A stretch of 64,000 bases of DNA from Ginglymostoma cirratum (GCA_024137785.1 JAHRHZ010000099.1:12111872-12175871), one strand, 5' to 3'; positions 1-13,890 are shown, counted from the first letter of the stretch. Numbers and translations: made by a program. Notes: generated from the letters alone by a model not told the origin.

Positions 1-1779
1 TAGAAACATAAGCATTACACACCAGTTCGTCTTCACTCACCTCAAATGCTTGCCAATGAGGACAATGTTATTTCCTTAAATGCGAAACTGTTAGGCCTCT
101 CGTGCTCTTTAGAACCCTCTCTGTAACCTACACATTTGTTTTGCGTTTGTACTATATAATATTGGTATATGTGCCTGGGTCACGACGTCACTAGAAAACT
201 TCTTAATTTTTTTAACGATTTGACTCGAGAGAAATACGACGATGTAAGTTTAGGTCTTGTTGGACAGAATTAGATTGTTGTTATCACTCGCAATAATTGG
301 TCCCTCGCCTTTGCCGTTTGATGCCAGTGAACCAACAGGTTATCAATTCCTAAGTATAGCTAGTGCTTGTCACCGAAGTGTCTGGACATTCATTTGACAA
401 GATTTCGACTAACAGTAGAAACCTAACAGGCGATTAAATACAAAATGCAGATTGGTCACTTTAACCATGGATAACCTCTAATTATTTGCAATTCTGAAGG
501 CACTCTAAGCATTTTGGGATTGGAAATTTGCTCTAAAATACAACAGCTGAACCCCAGCAGTTTTGTAAGCATTTCATTCATATTAGCAGGAGTGAACTGG
601 ATTCAGGTTCACCCTTCACTTCGGTTGCGGTCAACCCAAGAAGCCGAGTTGCGTGACAGTGACGTTGGCGAGTACTATAGGTGAATAGCTGATGGATAAC
701 GCGGATATTCTCGCGGCATTCTTTATCTGCTGTATTGGCGTGTGACCAGTCAGCAACTCTGACAGTGCATTCGTTCAAGACGGTGAACGGGTTCAAAAGG
801 AGAGTTACTTGGCGACGTCGGTACAACTGGGCCGAGGATTCATCGAAGTTAAATTAAACCTTAAAAAAAAAGGACTGCGAGTTGGAATCCAACAGGAGGG
901 AATTCTGTTGCTTTATTGCATACCATTCAGAAATCCTGCACCTTGACGGTAGGTACAACAGATCTCAATTACATGATTCCTGATGTATTTTAAAGTATTT
1001 TAATGATGGGTTTTCATTTGTTATACTCCAGGATTTTCGGGTCCAGTTTAAAACCCATATGCTCTGAATATCTATTTGTTTTCATTGTAAGCAAAACAGG
1101 AAGCACTGACATTCAGTTAGAATTGCTGAAATTGGATATTGTATCTATCCTTTGCCGACATTTTTGAACCATAACTAATCTAAACCTTACAATGTTTGGC
1201 GGAATTTCTGCCTTCGGCTCAAGTACTATCTTAATTGCCTCGGTATTAAAGGTATTAATGAGGTAAACACTCGGGATAAGAGAAGGCAAATAGCACTGTT
1301 AGAATAGCTAGGAGAATGGCAATTGTTAATCATTATTTTATGCGTATTTTACTCGTGCCAAGTTTGTCTGGAGGAAAGATCAGGTAGTTTCCATTTGTCC
1401 TGTTTACATTCAAAGTAGGGAGTTCTTATTATTGGAGGAGATATTCTGCACTTTTACTGGTAGTCAATTGTTATCAGCTTCACAGCTATATGACGCAATG
1501 TGTAATGCATACAACAACGATTCTGTCCTTGAGTGTTGTGTGTTCGATCCATGAGGATTACTGATGAGGACCACTGATGAGCATTAAGCCATAAAAATTA
1601 AAGGTATATCTCTCTTCACATTTTACAAAGACCGAGTGAAGTAAATCATAAATACGTCGTTTATTTCCAAATGCCACCTCGGACTATGCAAGATATTTAG
1701 AAGTGAAATAGATTTGATAGGCATTGGAAATGATCAGCCTTCATTGAAAGGACAGCATGCCTTATCAAAATGCAATGCC

Positions 1780-3260
1780 TAATCTGGTTCGCTTCAGAGT
1801 GTAGAATGCGACAGCGCGCTGTTTAGCAGACTCTGACCTGTTCGACGACACTCTAAACATGATCTTTTAAAACGAAAAAAAGCAAAGTGAAAAAGATCAT
1901 GCAGATTCGAGTGGCGTTGAACTGCTTTTAATCAAAGTGAAGTGTGCAAGTGTTTAAATCGGAGCACACCCGCACCTCCCCCCCCCCCCTCCCCGACCCC
2001 CGGTAATCTCTTCCAGAATCCGCCAACATCGAGCCAAGTCTCTTCGCATTCAAATCGCAAGAAATAAACTATTTATAAAGTTCTTCCCTTCTGCTGACAA
2101 ACACAAAAACACACATACAAAGACACAGAAGCAGCCGATACAGTATCACAACACTCGCTCCTTCAGGCAGCCTTGCTACTTTCTTGATTTCTGTTTCTCC
2201 CATCTGGATAATGTCATGCTGAACTGCGAAGTTATCTGTAACCTGAAAGGGGAATCGGATTTGCATTGCACTGGTGTCGGCGAAGCTTTATTCGAAGTGA
2301 TCGCCTGTTCTTTTTTTCTCGTGGTTGAGGGGTTTGAGTGGTGGTTGCGGGTGGGGGTGGGGTCACCTTTTGGTTAGAAGAATGGGCCAAAATGGATGGT
2401 GGGGTGCTCCTGAGTCTCACAGTGTCTTTGTGCTGTATTTGAGCTGCTGGGGGTTTCTAGGATGAGGCGCTCTGTTGAGGATGAGCGCTGGTTGGACAAA
2501 CGCTCAGCACTTTGAAAGCACGAAAGGCTCCCCAGCACGTCACTGCAGTCAGCGCGCTTCTGTGGAAGTGCACGCCTTTCCTATAATCCCCACACACTCA
2601 GCACCCACCAAATCCACCTTCTGAGTGAGGGAACTCCTTCCTCACCAGCACTCTGAACGGCAAGTTCTTCCCGCTGCTCCCCCCCACCCCCCTCCCCCCC
2701 GCGGCTAGATGCCCCCAAACAGCGCGATAAGGCCTTATCTTTTTCTCAGGATCCCTCTTGCGCGTCTGGCAACCTGGAAGTGTTTGGAGAAGCGGACTGC
2801 TTTTGGAGACCTATGGATTGTTCAGCCTGTGATGTGTTCTGTATATAACCAGGGAAAACAACGATTAGAAAGGGCTCTATAAACCCCCTTCCACTGTGGA
2901 GAAACCGGAAGGTATATTGTTATTCTTTATTCTGGTTAAAGTTTTGGTCCTTTGCGTTTTGCATTTTTGTTTTTGTTTTCGTGCGTGAGGTTCAGTTCTG
3001 TGTTGTGTGCGAGACCGGGTTGATCGGTGTTGATCAGCGAATAACGGGGCCTACGTGGAAAAGAAAACAAAAGGGCGCATTCCGCGTTGCTGTATATGAC
3101 AGTCGGCGAGATTTCTCAAAATGCAAAGAGCTTATTGATTTGCAGGAAGAAAGTTCAGCGTGTGTAGAAAAATAAACTAGAACGCTGACGCTGGACACTG
3201 ACCAGCGAGCAGTGTATATTTACACACGCGGCGTTGCGGCCTATCTTTACGGAGAGATAC
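1780..3260 (+). promoter_or_regulatory. CpG/GC-rich putative TBX5 promoter and 5' region
   Basis: High CpG density, C- and G-tracts (1971-2002, 2329-2362, 2679-2700), inverted GATA pair at 2726-2739, CTATTTATAA at 2069-2078, CAAGTG at 1947-1952. Confidence 0.55.
2750..2911 (+). other. Candidate non-coding 5'UTR exon of TBX5
   Basis: Pyrimidine tract plus CAG (CCTTATCTTTTTCTCAG|) at 2749; donor-like GAAG|GTATAT at 2911/2912 followed by GT-rich sequence; vertebrate TBX5 has non-coding upstream exons. Boundaries are inferred. Confidence 0.4.
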
Positions 3261-5466
3261 TGATTCACACTGAAAGGTCAGTGCTGCGATTGTATCTCTG
3301 TTTTATACCTGAATTCAGTGTTACTAATGCAACTAGAATTGTGAACGTTAAACGTAAAATTCCAACTCTTTCGTGTAAACCTCTAGTCAGTACTGAAGAT
3401 TCCTAATTACTATCGTTCTTTCAATGTCAGATTGGTATCTTCAGAAATAATTTTCTTTCACCTTCTAGCTAACTGAGAGACTTTGCAAACTATTATTTCC
3501 CGGATTCAGTGACTGCTTCTTCTGACTCGCTAACTAAAGCATAGACCAGTGACTAGTGTTCTTTAGATATTGCGACAATTTATCATATCTTCTAAAGGAT
3601 AATTCTATGTTTTTAACTTAGCGATATTGCAGAATTGTGTGACAGCCCAGTGTCAACCTTCCTACAGAGCAGCGTCGCTCATCATTGCTTTTTAGATTTT
3701 TATAAAAGCATTTTTATTTACATAGACCACATTATAAGCTTAATTAAAAAAGAAATTTGCTAAAAATGTCCATTTTTTTTAATAAAAGAAATACATAACT
3801 ACTCAAATATCTATTGCATTGTTTTTTCAAACATGCCATGCATCAATAACACCTTTCTTTCAGTATGGTTACGTTTTAGCAAGTTAATGCTGTCGATTAC
3901 AGATGCACACGCCTTTTTCAAGATTGCTGTGAATTATTTATAACAGTATTTCCAATGTTTCACATGCATGACTAATTACATGCTCAGTTTGAAGACTCTT
4001 TAGCATTATGGTCCCTCATATTTAAACATAAAACATAAATTTAACATTCGAAATTAAGCATCATTCATAATTCATCAACTAAGGAATATTTAAAACACGT
4101 ACTGTTGTGTAAACGAGTTTATAGTCAATATGTTTCAGGTACTTTACCTCTATGTAAACAATTCTTCATTAAATAGCGCTGTGAGCCACGGACATATAAT
4201 TTTAATGAACACTATTATGAACACAATAGATGTCTCATATCCAGGGTAAATCTGACTCATATAACTTCACGTTGTAATCCTCCTCATCACTGATTCTTGG
4301 CATGTTTATCACAGAGGCCTAGTTTAGCTGGCGCTGATCAGGGAACATTACATGTTATTGTATATCTAAATTGTTTTTGTTCTTAGAGTTTATTGAAAAA
4401 CTTTTGTAGTAATTACTGAAATAAATGGAAATCAAATTGTCTTTGTTTTGCGATTCATTTGTGCTATAAACCCGATTATTATTGTTGTACTCTATTATAG
4501 TGAGTAACCTTTTGACCATATCACATTTTGACCAAAGCATTTAGGGCAAAGAGGTGCTGAGAAATGGGTAAATCAGCTAAAACCCCCAAATTAAAGTAGC
4601 TAACAGCGTTTAACTGATGTAAGAACTGAATTTAAATTGTACATCAGAGCAAGGAATAAATTAATGTGTAAACCGAAAATATCAATGCAACCTTATATGG
4701 TGGGGTGGGGGCGGAGGACAGGGTGTCGTTAAATTGAGCTACGTTTGGCCTTTCGGATCCTAAAACTGCATGTTATTTCGAAAAGCATAGTCTCGACTAT
4801 TTTGATTTTCAGGAGGTCAGACGCACGCTTCTGCAAACTGCTCGTTTTATTAGGACAATCACAGACTCGGTTGTTTCCTCACTTGGAGTGTATGCACCGT
4901 GAGTGGTTTAAACGTACTCACTCATGCTAAGGAAACAATAGTCATTGTAATAGCACCGTCTCAAGCTTGGGCTAATGTCGAGAAAGCTACCGACACTTTA
5001 ACAAGGCAATAAAACTAATGGAAGAAGTTGGTATACCGCACAAAACACAAGTCTATAAAGTAGAGGAAATGTAATTGCTGCTTACACTCCAATCAAACGG
5101 TTGCTCAAAAGCTGCCTGGAATCTTATCTTTATTACTCTTTCCAGAAGTCCAGACGAATTTCGTGAATACCTCATTTATCTTTTGGAGTCAGCTAAGATT
5201 GACACTATCTCTTTTTATCCCCCTTCAATTTTCCATAACTTAATATAAAAGGCCTGCATTCTCGCTTAGTAGTTCTGGTTGGGAAACGTGTTCTTGTTGG
5301 GAGCATTTCAGCCCTCTCTATTCTTTTGGAGCCCTCTAAGAGTGTTTTGTTTTTGTATATTTGCCAGGAGGGAGCTCTGCTGTGTGATGGTCGCAATACG
5401 TTGACAACATTTAGCTCACAGTGCTTGGGTTGCGGTGTCTCTATTGCAAGGATTGTGCGGCGAAAT

Positions 5467-5616
5467 ATGGCGGAGACGGAGGAAGGCTTCGGGCTGCCAG
5501 CAGCACCACATAGCGAGTCTGAGCCCAATGAGCATTCATCTGAAAGTAAGCAGGACAGCCAACTTGGAGCCGCCAGAAAATCCCCCTCCCCACAACAAGC
5601 TACATACACTCAACAG
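5467..5616 (+). CDS. TBX5: TBX5 coding exon 1 (N-terminus, MAETEEGFGL...ATYTQQ; 150 nt)
   Basis: ATG at 5467; translation resembles the TBX5 N-terminus (human MADADEGFGL...AAFTQQ); donor CAG|GTTGGT at 5616/5617, phase 0. Confidence 0.95.
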
Positions 5617-5939
5617 GTTGGTCTTCGATACCTCTGACAAAACCGTAGCAGTAGAGCACAGTAAGTGCATGTTATTGCTTAACATGAATAACAACTAGGC
5701 GTTGCATGTAAATGTCGAGGAAGGTATCTCTGACACCTTTATTGCTGCTGGTGTACGCAGAGGTCTGATTAGGTGATCCTGTTTCTCGTTGCAGAATTAT
5801 GGCCTATTATTTCCAATACCTCTGACCAGACACGTACCATTACAAATCTTTGCTTCAGCACATTGGTTTGCATTTATTCGACTGTAATGTATGATTTTAA
5901 AAATAGTTATACATTAATTGATATCTCCACTTATTGTAG

Positions 5940-6035
<96 letters not shown>

Positions 6036-7382
6036 TAAGGGCCTATCAATACAATAGAACAGTGCTGTAGTCATAATCGGTACGACTTACAATGATTGTG
6101 ATCGCTTTTACCACGCAACTTTGGGCTAAAACTGATTATGTAAATATTCCTCTATCTAGACCTCATCGTAATATAACTACCTTCGTCCATTCAAAATTCG
6201 CTTGGTCCCAAAGGGAAATCTCTAAGTGTTTCTAAAGAGGGGAAAATAATAGATAATAACAGGAATGCTCAACATTAAACAGATTCAGAGTGATCAATTT
6301 TTAATATGAAATATTTAAAGTGACTGCTAAGAGCAAAGCCTGTCAGCCACGATGGAACAGCCAGGCACTTTACTAAATGTAAATAGTAGCTTCCAGAAAT
6401 TGCATCGAAAGCGCAAATTTTGACCTAACAGTGCTTGTCTTTTGACTGTGGAAACCAGGGTGCAAAGGGTTATCAGGAAATAGTTTACAACATTGCACAA
6501 AGATATATTTAATGGACACAAATTCTTGAAATAATAAAATATATTATTCGAAACCATCTACCCATTGCCATTATCTGTTTGCATTTAATTCGATATCATA
6601 TTTAGATGTGACAAATGTCATATTATTTAGCGTTTATACTATTTAAGATAATTTACACGGTAATATTCCAAATAGAAATGTACACCAAGACAGAACATTG
6701 TGACATTTCTTATAAGACTTCTCTCTACTTTCATCCTATGTTATAAAATTTAGTTTTGCAAGCAGATATGTTCCCTTGTGGGCTTTCATTTTCATCCCAT
6801 TTACGCTGAACGAGTGATAAATATTTATAAAGATCTACATATATTCAAGCTGTTCTTTGATAATTCAGCGAGACAACGAATACACTGTTTCCATTTAAAA
6901 GCTCTTTAACTCACTCCTAGTGTGACTTTTTACCGACTTAAATCGCATTCAGATTATTGTCCTGAAATATTTTGTAAACACGTCTAGCATTTGGAACCAA
7001 TAGTCAATTGTAGAAGCAAGGAGGCGAAACATTAGGTTTTGTATGCATGTTACAAATTAGGCCATGATCGAAGCCATGTTTGTGCGTTACCCCGACGTAT
7101 TAACGCCGCGTGTTTGACTGCGGCTGTTATAACCCCGTGTTTATTCGGGTCGCGTTATGTTTCCTTCAGATCGAACAATTCCTTTTCTTTAATTTGTCTT
7201 CCCAATGTTACCGTGTGCGCTTAAAACAAAACCATTAGTCAGTAAATACGAAGTGCAGCGAGTCAGCTTTTCTCTGGCACCATTGTCTTTGAAAGTGCGT
7301 GAATTGATACCTTTCAGAAGGAGCACTTTGCACACTTGATATTCATGTACAAAACTGAATTAGTTCCCCACTCTCTCTTCAG

Positions 7383-7502
7383 GCGCATGTTTCCTAGTTA
7401 CAAAGTGAAGGTGACCGGGTTAAATCCGAAGACGAAATACATCCTTCTGATGGATATTGTGCCAGCAGACGACCACCGTTACAAGTTCGCTGATAACAAA
7501 TG
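7383..7502 (+). CDS. TBX5: TBX5 coding exon 3 ([40 protein letters not shown]; 120 nt)
   Basis: CTCTCTCTTCAG| acceptor, TG|GTAGGC donor; T-box sequence with TBX5-type [13 protein letters not shown] and KFADNKW. Confidence 0.97.
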
Positions 7503-7980
7503 GTAGGCACTCTGCCTTATTTGCGTGTGGTTCACCACTTTCAGGACAAGCAGGAAGCAGTGAATGGCAGTTGGCCTGAATTGGTTCAGATTGTCTCGTT
7601 TTCAGGCTTTTAGCCATTGCTCAATATCGCTACCGGTGAAAAACGGAGGGTAAAACACCACCCTCTTGGATGTATGATGTGTAAAAAGGACTTTGTGTTG
7701 CTAAGTGACTGGCCTCTCCAACTCGGCACGCGTCGATTGTATTCTTCAATACAATATTGCACAAAAATTTGTTTTGAAGGGATATGAGAACTGAAGTTTT
7801 ACAGTACGCCAAGATTCCCACACCCCCCCCCGCCCCCACAGTTAATATGTTAGGTATCTGAAACATTCCAATTAGTAGCGGGCATTGTGTAAAATAGGTT
7901 CCGAGTTTGTGTTCAATCTGTGGAAAGTGCATAGAGAGTGAGACCTATTCTGTTAATGGTATTGCGACTGACGTAATTGA

Positions 7981-8334
<354 letters not shown>

Positions 8335-8954
8335 TAAACAATATATGATTGAAATTTACAGGTCCTAAATTTTAAAATCATCCCCAATTATTTAAAACAA
8401 ACAAATGCGTCTGCGTTTTCCAGTGATAAATGTAACTGGCGCGATGGTCTTCTAAGGGTTCGTTAGAGAGTTGAGGTGAACAGGTCGTTATTCTCTGCAT
8501 GAACAATGTAGCCTAAAGTGGAATAGTGGTTGATGTTGGACCAATTGTACAGAATGGACATTGGCAGAAGTTCGATTTCAGTTGCAGCCGTGAATGGTCG
8601 AGGGTGGTGGGGGGTGGAAGGAATGTGGTGGGGGAGGGTGTCCGAGACCCTTTCAGGCAAACGAGGGTTCGCAAACACGTCTGACATTCGACACCTTCTC
8701 TACACCTGAAATTGACGGCATCCTGCCTCATTGTGGTGCAGTGCACGATGGGATGTGGAGGATTGCTATTACCTAAACAATAAGAGCATTATTGGAGAAG
8801 GTCGATTGATTTAGCCAGGCTTTGGAATGCTGTACAAGGCACTATACGAGTGTAGCTGCATTACAAACACCCAAGCGCTCTTCTGCATTTTGAATCTTGG
8901 CAACCGACTGAAATCTGACAGAGTTCCCGTACCTTTGTGTTACAGAATTCCTCC

Positions 8955-9258
8955 ATTTAATCCCGACAGTTTGCAAGCAGGTCATTCGGCCCATCGGGTC
9001 CGCAAGGATCCTCCCCCAGACCCAACCCCGTCACCCTGCATTTCTCATGGCTAACCCACCTCATCTGCAAATCACTGAACACAACCCGCGATTTAGCATC
9101 TCACCTGCACATCTTGGGACGGTGGGAGGAAAACGGAGCACCCGTAGAAACCCACACAGACATGAAGAGAGTGTGTTCATTCCACACAGTCTCCCGTGGA
9201 TGGAATCGAATCCGGGGCCCTGGCGCTGGGAGGCAGCAGTGCTAACCATTGATCCACC
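8955..9258 (-). mobile_element. tRNA-derived SINE, HE1/V-SINE-like
   Basis: Minus strand head GGTGGATCAATGGTTAGCACTGCTGCCTC...GGATTCGATTCC (A/B-box-like); body similar to the copy at 34398-34710. Confidence 0.75.
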
Positions 9259-10404
9259 TAGATTCAGGAAAAAACAAACATTGCACAGAAGGCAGCATTA
9301 GCTGGCCAGCAAACGAGGATATTGGGTTATTTAGAGCTAAGAGTGCAGTTCTAAATCCGACGCACTGCGCCAATAGGATCCAGGTTGACATTGATGGGTT
9401 TCGCTAATGTTTCGAACCAGAATAGGGAGTCATGCTAGACACGATGCGCTACGTTTGACAACGGTAGCCTTGGAAACTGCATTGCGGAGGACGGAAGCTC
9501 TGTGAAGGCTAGCCTTCCCTACAGTGAAAAGGCGGCGAACACACGCACACACACACAATCTCTAAACAAACGGATGGAGGGGGCAACAATGAGAAATTCA
9601 TTCAACAAATTGCTAGATGAAACCAGCACTGGTAGCCTCTCAATTAAGCGGGATGTAATGAAATTAAAAATCATTAGATCGTTCACCACTGATGTCTTGG
9701 GCTTATGGGGCTGTCAAAGCAATTTAACTAAGCCTAGGGGATGAGAGCGACTCCGATTGGAGATGACTAGTAGGGTCCGCAATGGCGGGACAGGCAGCGC
9801 CTTTGTGTCGCCAGGTTCCCTCCCAAACTCTAACCGCTCCCCACCCCCACCTCCCTTCACCAACAATCCTTACGATCTTGGAATAATTGGAGAAAGAAAG
9901 TCTTCAGAAAGCCATCACAGGCTTGCAACTAAAATTATACACTGCCCCCCACCCGTCCTGTTCTCCAATCAAATACAGGGTACGATGGTGAGAGTGCCGA
10001 TCACTGAAACAAACATGTCACCGCCACCTTGAAGAAATCTGTAAGCATCCCCTTCACAAAATCTATAACTGGTAACAGAACTGTTACCGTTCAATTGAAG
10101 AACAGTGTGGAACTGGGGAGGGAGTTAAGGAGGAAGTACCTGTTAAATATCTTTTTGGCTTTCAAGTGGCAGTTCAGTTTGGCCATTGCAAAAAACCCAT
10201 GTCCATTCTTCAGGACCTGTTCATGACCCCCTCTTCCCTCTTCCCTCTCAATGAACTTCGAAACACGAACGTCCCGTTTACGTAAATAGTCTTCTCCCCA
10301 TAATAATAGTGTTGGCTAAACCACTGAAGCCAGTGTGAGCCAGTTTAATGCGGTGGCTGATATTAAAAAAAAATGACTGCTTTTGTTTCCGGTTTTGTTC
10401 GTAG

Positions 10405-10620
<216 letters not shown>

Positions 10621-12205
10621 TGAGATGCTGTTCTTACTAAGAACAAGGCTATGAGGGACTGAATTAGAGGCTGCCTCTCATAAGGAACCTGCAAGTCTTT
10701 TTGGGCCTCATCGTTAACTCTAACAAAAGAGGACTGAACTTGAACTGTTAATTTGACTCAGGATCAGCTACCTAGTCGATGGTTAAAAGATCACGATTGT
10801 ATGTTGCTGCACAGTATAAAGCAATATAGCCCCGCAGCATCTGGAAAAAATAAAATAGATTGACACCGGAATAGAAAGCCTGCAAAGAACAAAAAAAAGT
10901 TTCAGACTCGTAACGAACTAGTCCCAAAACTTCAACAGTCTCGCCTCTTTTCTGATGCCAGTGGTCCTGTTATGCATGTTGACTAATTTCTGCTTTTATT
11001 TTCACAACGTCCAGCCTTTACGCTTTATTTGGCCTATCTAGATATTTCACGCCCCTCCTGTAAATTGAAATGGGACACTTTAAGGGAACACTTACTATTC
11101 GTCATATATGAAGTGTCTAGCCAAATTGTTAATTCCCACCTCTATTGAAATAACGCCAGAATTAGTTGAGAGTTACAGTTTCCTAGATCAACCATCACTT
11201 GGGCTCTGTTTCTGTTAGAGAGCCCTAGTCAATCGCAGTTACGGATTCGTCGGTGGTTAGAAAGTGCAGCAAGCATTTCTTCCGGTAAAAATTCGGCCAG
11301 AGGCTCCGTACTGGAAGCTATTTACCTTCACCGTTGAACAATGGTGAAACAGAACTGAGATGTACAATTTTAATGAAAAAGAACATGAATTGTGCGATCC
11401 TGAAGTCCCAAGGTTTTGTAGCGAAGGACTAGAGTGTTATTCCATGGAGCCATGTATTTTAGTTTTGGGTGAACTTTTATTGCAAGTGTTCGTTTCTCCA
11501 AAGTGTACACATTCGCAATGATCTGGAAACGAGGTAGAAACTTTAGCATTCCCGGAGAATGTTAGAATAATCACAGTACGGAATTAACTCTCAGTGAAGA
11601 AATATTCTAGCTCTAAAAATCAAGCCGTCTGTAACCCAAATTAGTTTTAACCATTCAAGGATGTCTGCTCGCTCAGTTTCCCTAGCAAATGAGTCAAACT
11701 GAGTCAACAAACCTTCGACTTAGTGTGAAACTGTCGTCCCCAAACATTCAGTTAAACAGCAGGTAGCACCCATCCCGCACCAATTACAATTATTTGGAAA
11801 ATGATCGCACAGCATTTTAAAACATTGAGCATATTACATTTGTAATTTGTTAACCATCTTATAATTACAAACTAATGTTTCAAATATTAGGTTTTGGCTC
11901 CAGTTGTGTTTCTTTGATACTTTGAAATGCTGAATGAAAGATGTTCGGTGAAATTTGCAAGAAAACAACCATGATAAATATTCTATTCACGTTGGCCCAG
12001 AAATTGCCCTTTCCCATATACAATTTTCTAAAGCACAAATAGCGTCTATGTTTTTAGAACTTGAAATCCAAACTGATTGCTCACTGTTAGCCATTAGTTT
12101 GGAGTGTGAGGTCTTTTTATATAAAATGTAAATTAGCTTTTTGGATCAGAGTATAATCTTCACAGAATGTCCTTCAGTTGACTAAAGTATCTTTATACTC
12201 CAAGT

Positions 12206-12400
12206 AAAAACCGCGGATGCTCTAAATCAGAAGCAAAAACAGAAGTTGCTGGAAAAAGCAGTTTTCGCGACCCTAAAAGTTATTTCCGATTTCTCTTCAC
12301 AGATACTCGTTTTCGCGACCCTAAAAGTTATTTCCGATTTCTCTTCACAGATACTGCCAGACGAGTTGAGCATTTCCAGCAACTTCAGTTTTTGTCTGGA
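12206..12400. mobile_element. Penelope-derived palindromic element, family B (degenerate, with internal duplication)
   Basis: Arms AAAAACAGAAGTTGCTGGAAA / TTTCCAGCAACTTCAGTTTTT; homologous to 55537-55771. Confidence 0.7.
12261..12355 (+). repeat. Perfect 47-bp direct repeat, 2 copies, period 48
   Basis: GTTTTCGCGACCCTAAAAGTTATTTCCGATTTCTCTTCACAGATACT at 12261-12307 and 12309-12355. Confidence 0.95.
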
Positions 12401-12769
12401 CACCGAATTCGCGGTGTGCCTGATTATTTCTGTACATGGACACTCGTTTAACTTAAATTCACTTTAATCAGAAAATTCAGAGATTTGGAAGTCAATAAAG
12501 AGGACTAATATACAAGTTGAATATGGAGAATCGGCTGCCACTGAAAATATTAGCCACCATTCGATCCAGTTAGAAACGAATAAAACAGATAACTTTCCAG
12601 AAACGTCCACAAAAGTTGCATGTGGTGTATGCCTTAAATAAGGGAAGATTTAATGCCAGAACTAAACATGTGTGTCTTCATAGGGCGCACAGACGTGTCA
12701 ATTCACACACCATGTGCACTTCAGTTGCGTGAAATAGTGCCCTTTCACTTAACCTAGCAGATTGTCAAC

Positions 12770-13112
12770 TTTCTTTTATTCATTAATGGGATGAAGGCAT
12801 CCCCGGCCTAGGCAGCATTGATTGCCCATCCCAGAGGGCAGTTCAAAGTCAGCCACATTGCTGTGAATCTGGAATCTCATGTAGGTCAGATCAGACCAGG
12901 TAAGGATGGCAGTTTCCTTCCCTAAAGGACATTAGTGAACCAGATGGGTTTTTTTTAACCGACAATCGACAATGGATTCATGGTCATCATTAGAGTCTTA
13001 ATTCCAGATATTTTATTGAATTCAAATCCCACCATCTGCCGGGGCGGGATCCGAACCCGAGTCTCCACAATATCATCTGGGTCTCTGGATTAACAGTGCA
13101 GCGATAATAGCA
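12770..13112 (-). mobile_element. tRNA-headed SINE with LINE-like tail
   Basis: Minus strand begins GGGGAGGCAATGGCCTAGTG...GGTTCGGATCCC; homologous copies at 57700-58058 and 54030-54320; tail resembles the end of the LINE at 17335. Confidence 0.75.
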
Positions 13113-13456
13113 CTAGGCCATTGCCTCCCCCCAACTTAAATAATGACTATCTCAATAATTGCATTTTCAGTAGTTGTGGTTTTATTCACTTGTCGTAAAT
13201 ATGTTACTTCTAAAGGGTGTTAAACGCCAGGTTCTTGATTTTCAATCGATTTTCAATCGGAAAGGACTAACTGGATGGAGTGCTGACCAGGGCAGTAGCT
13301 ATATTAGCAATAGCTCGCTCAGACCTGTGTTTGGTTTCTGCCCCCTCACTTGTTGGAGCCAATACTGCGAACTCAACCCAACCTCCAACCAATTCAAACA
13401 AATGAGCTTTGACCATTTCTGCTTGTACAGTATGTGGGAGAAACAAATGTATATCT

Positions 13457-13890
13457 AAAAGCAAAATACTGCAGAAGTTGAAGATCAAAAATAAAAAATG
13501 TGCTGGAAAAACTCAGTAGCCCTGGCAGCATTGGTGGAAAGAGGAAAATTGTTACCGTTTTGAGTCTAGTACTGGACTTCTATCTTCATTTCGTATGTCT
13601 TACGTTATACTATAATTACTGCAATGTTTAACTTTTAACTTTGTTCTTTCTTTCCATCTTGTTGTTAAGATTCTGTACCCACGTACTTGTACCTCAGATG
13701 GAAGCTTGTGTGGCGACATTATACACTTTTCACTATATTCTTGCACTTTTGTACTTGAGTACACGTACAATAAAATCAAAACCTAATCAAACTGCTTCAA
13801 GCAAGAAGAAGCATAACGGACTTGAAACGTGATTCTGCCTCTAAACAGATGCTACCAGACGTGCTGAGTTTCTTCAACACTGTGATTTTA
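13457..13890. mobile_element. Degenerate Penelope-derived palindrome split by a Rex1/Babar-like 3' tail (~13600-13792)
   Basis: Left arm GCTGGAAAAACTCAG...GGCAGCAT, right arm ACAGATGCTACCAGACGTGCTGAGTTTCTTCAACAC; central ACTTTTCACT...ACAATAAAATCAAA tail like the one at 55300-55360. Confidence 0.55.

Noticed and set aside
5205-5609. 134-aa antisense ORF over the first coding exon
   Set aside because: Shadow of GC-rich coding sequence; no recognisable domain
13030-13112. tRNA-like A/B boxes (also 9195-9258 and 57960-58058)
   Set aside because: SINE heads continuous with SINE bodies; no cloverleaf evident
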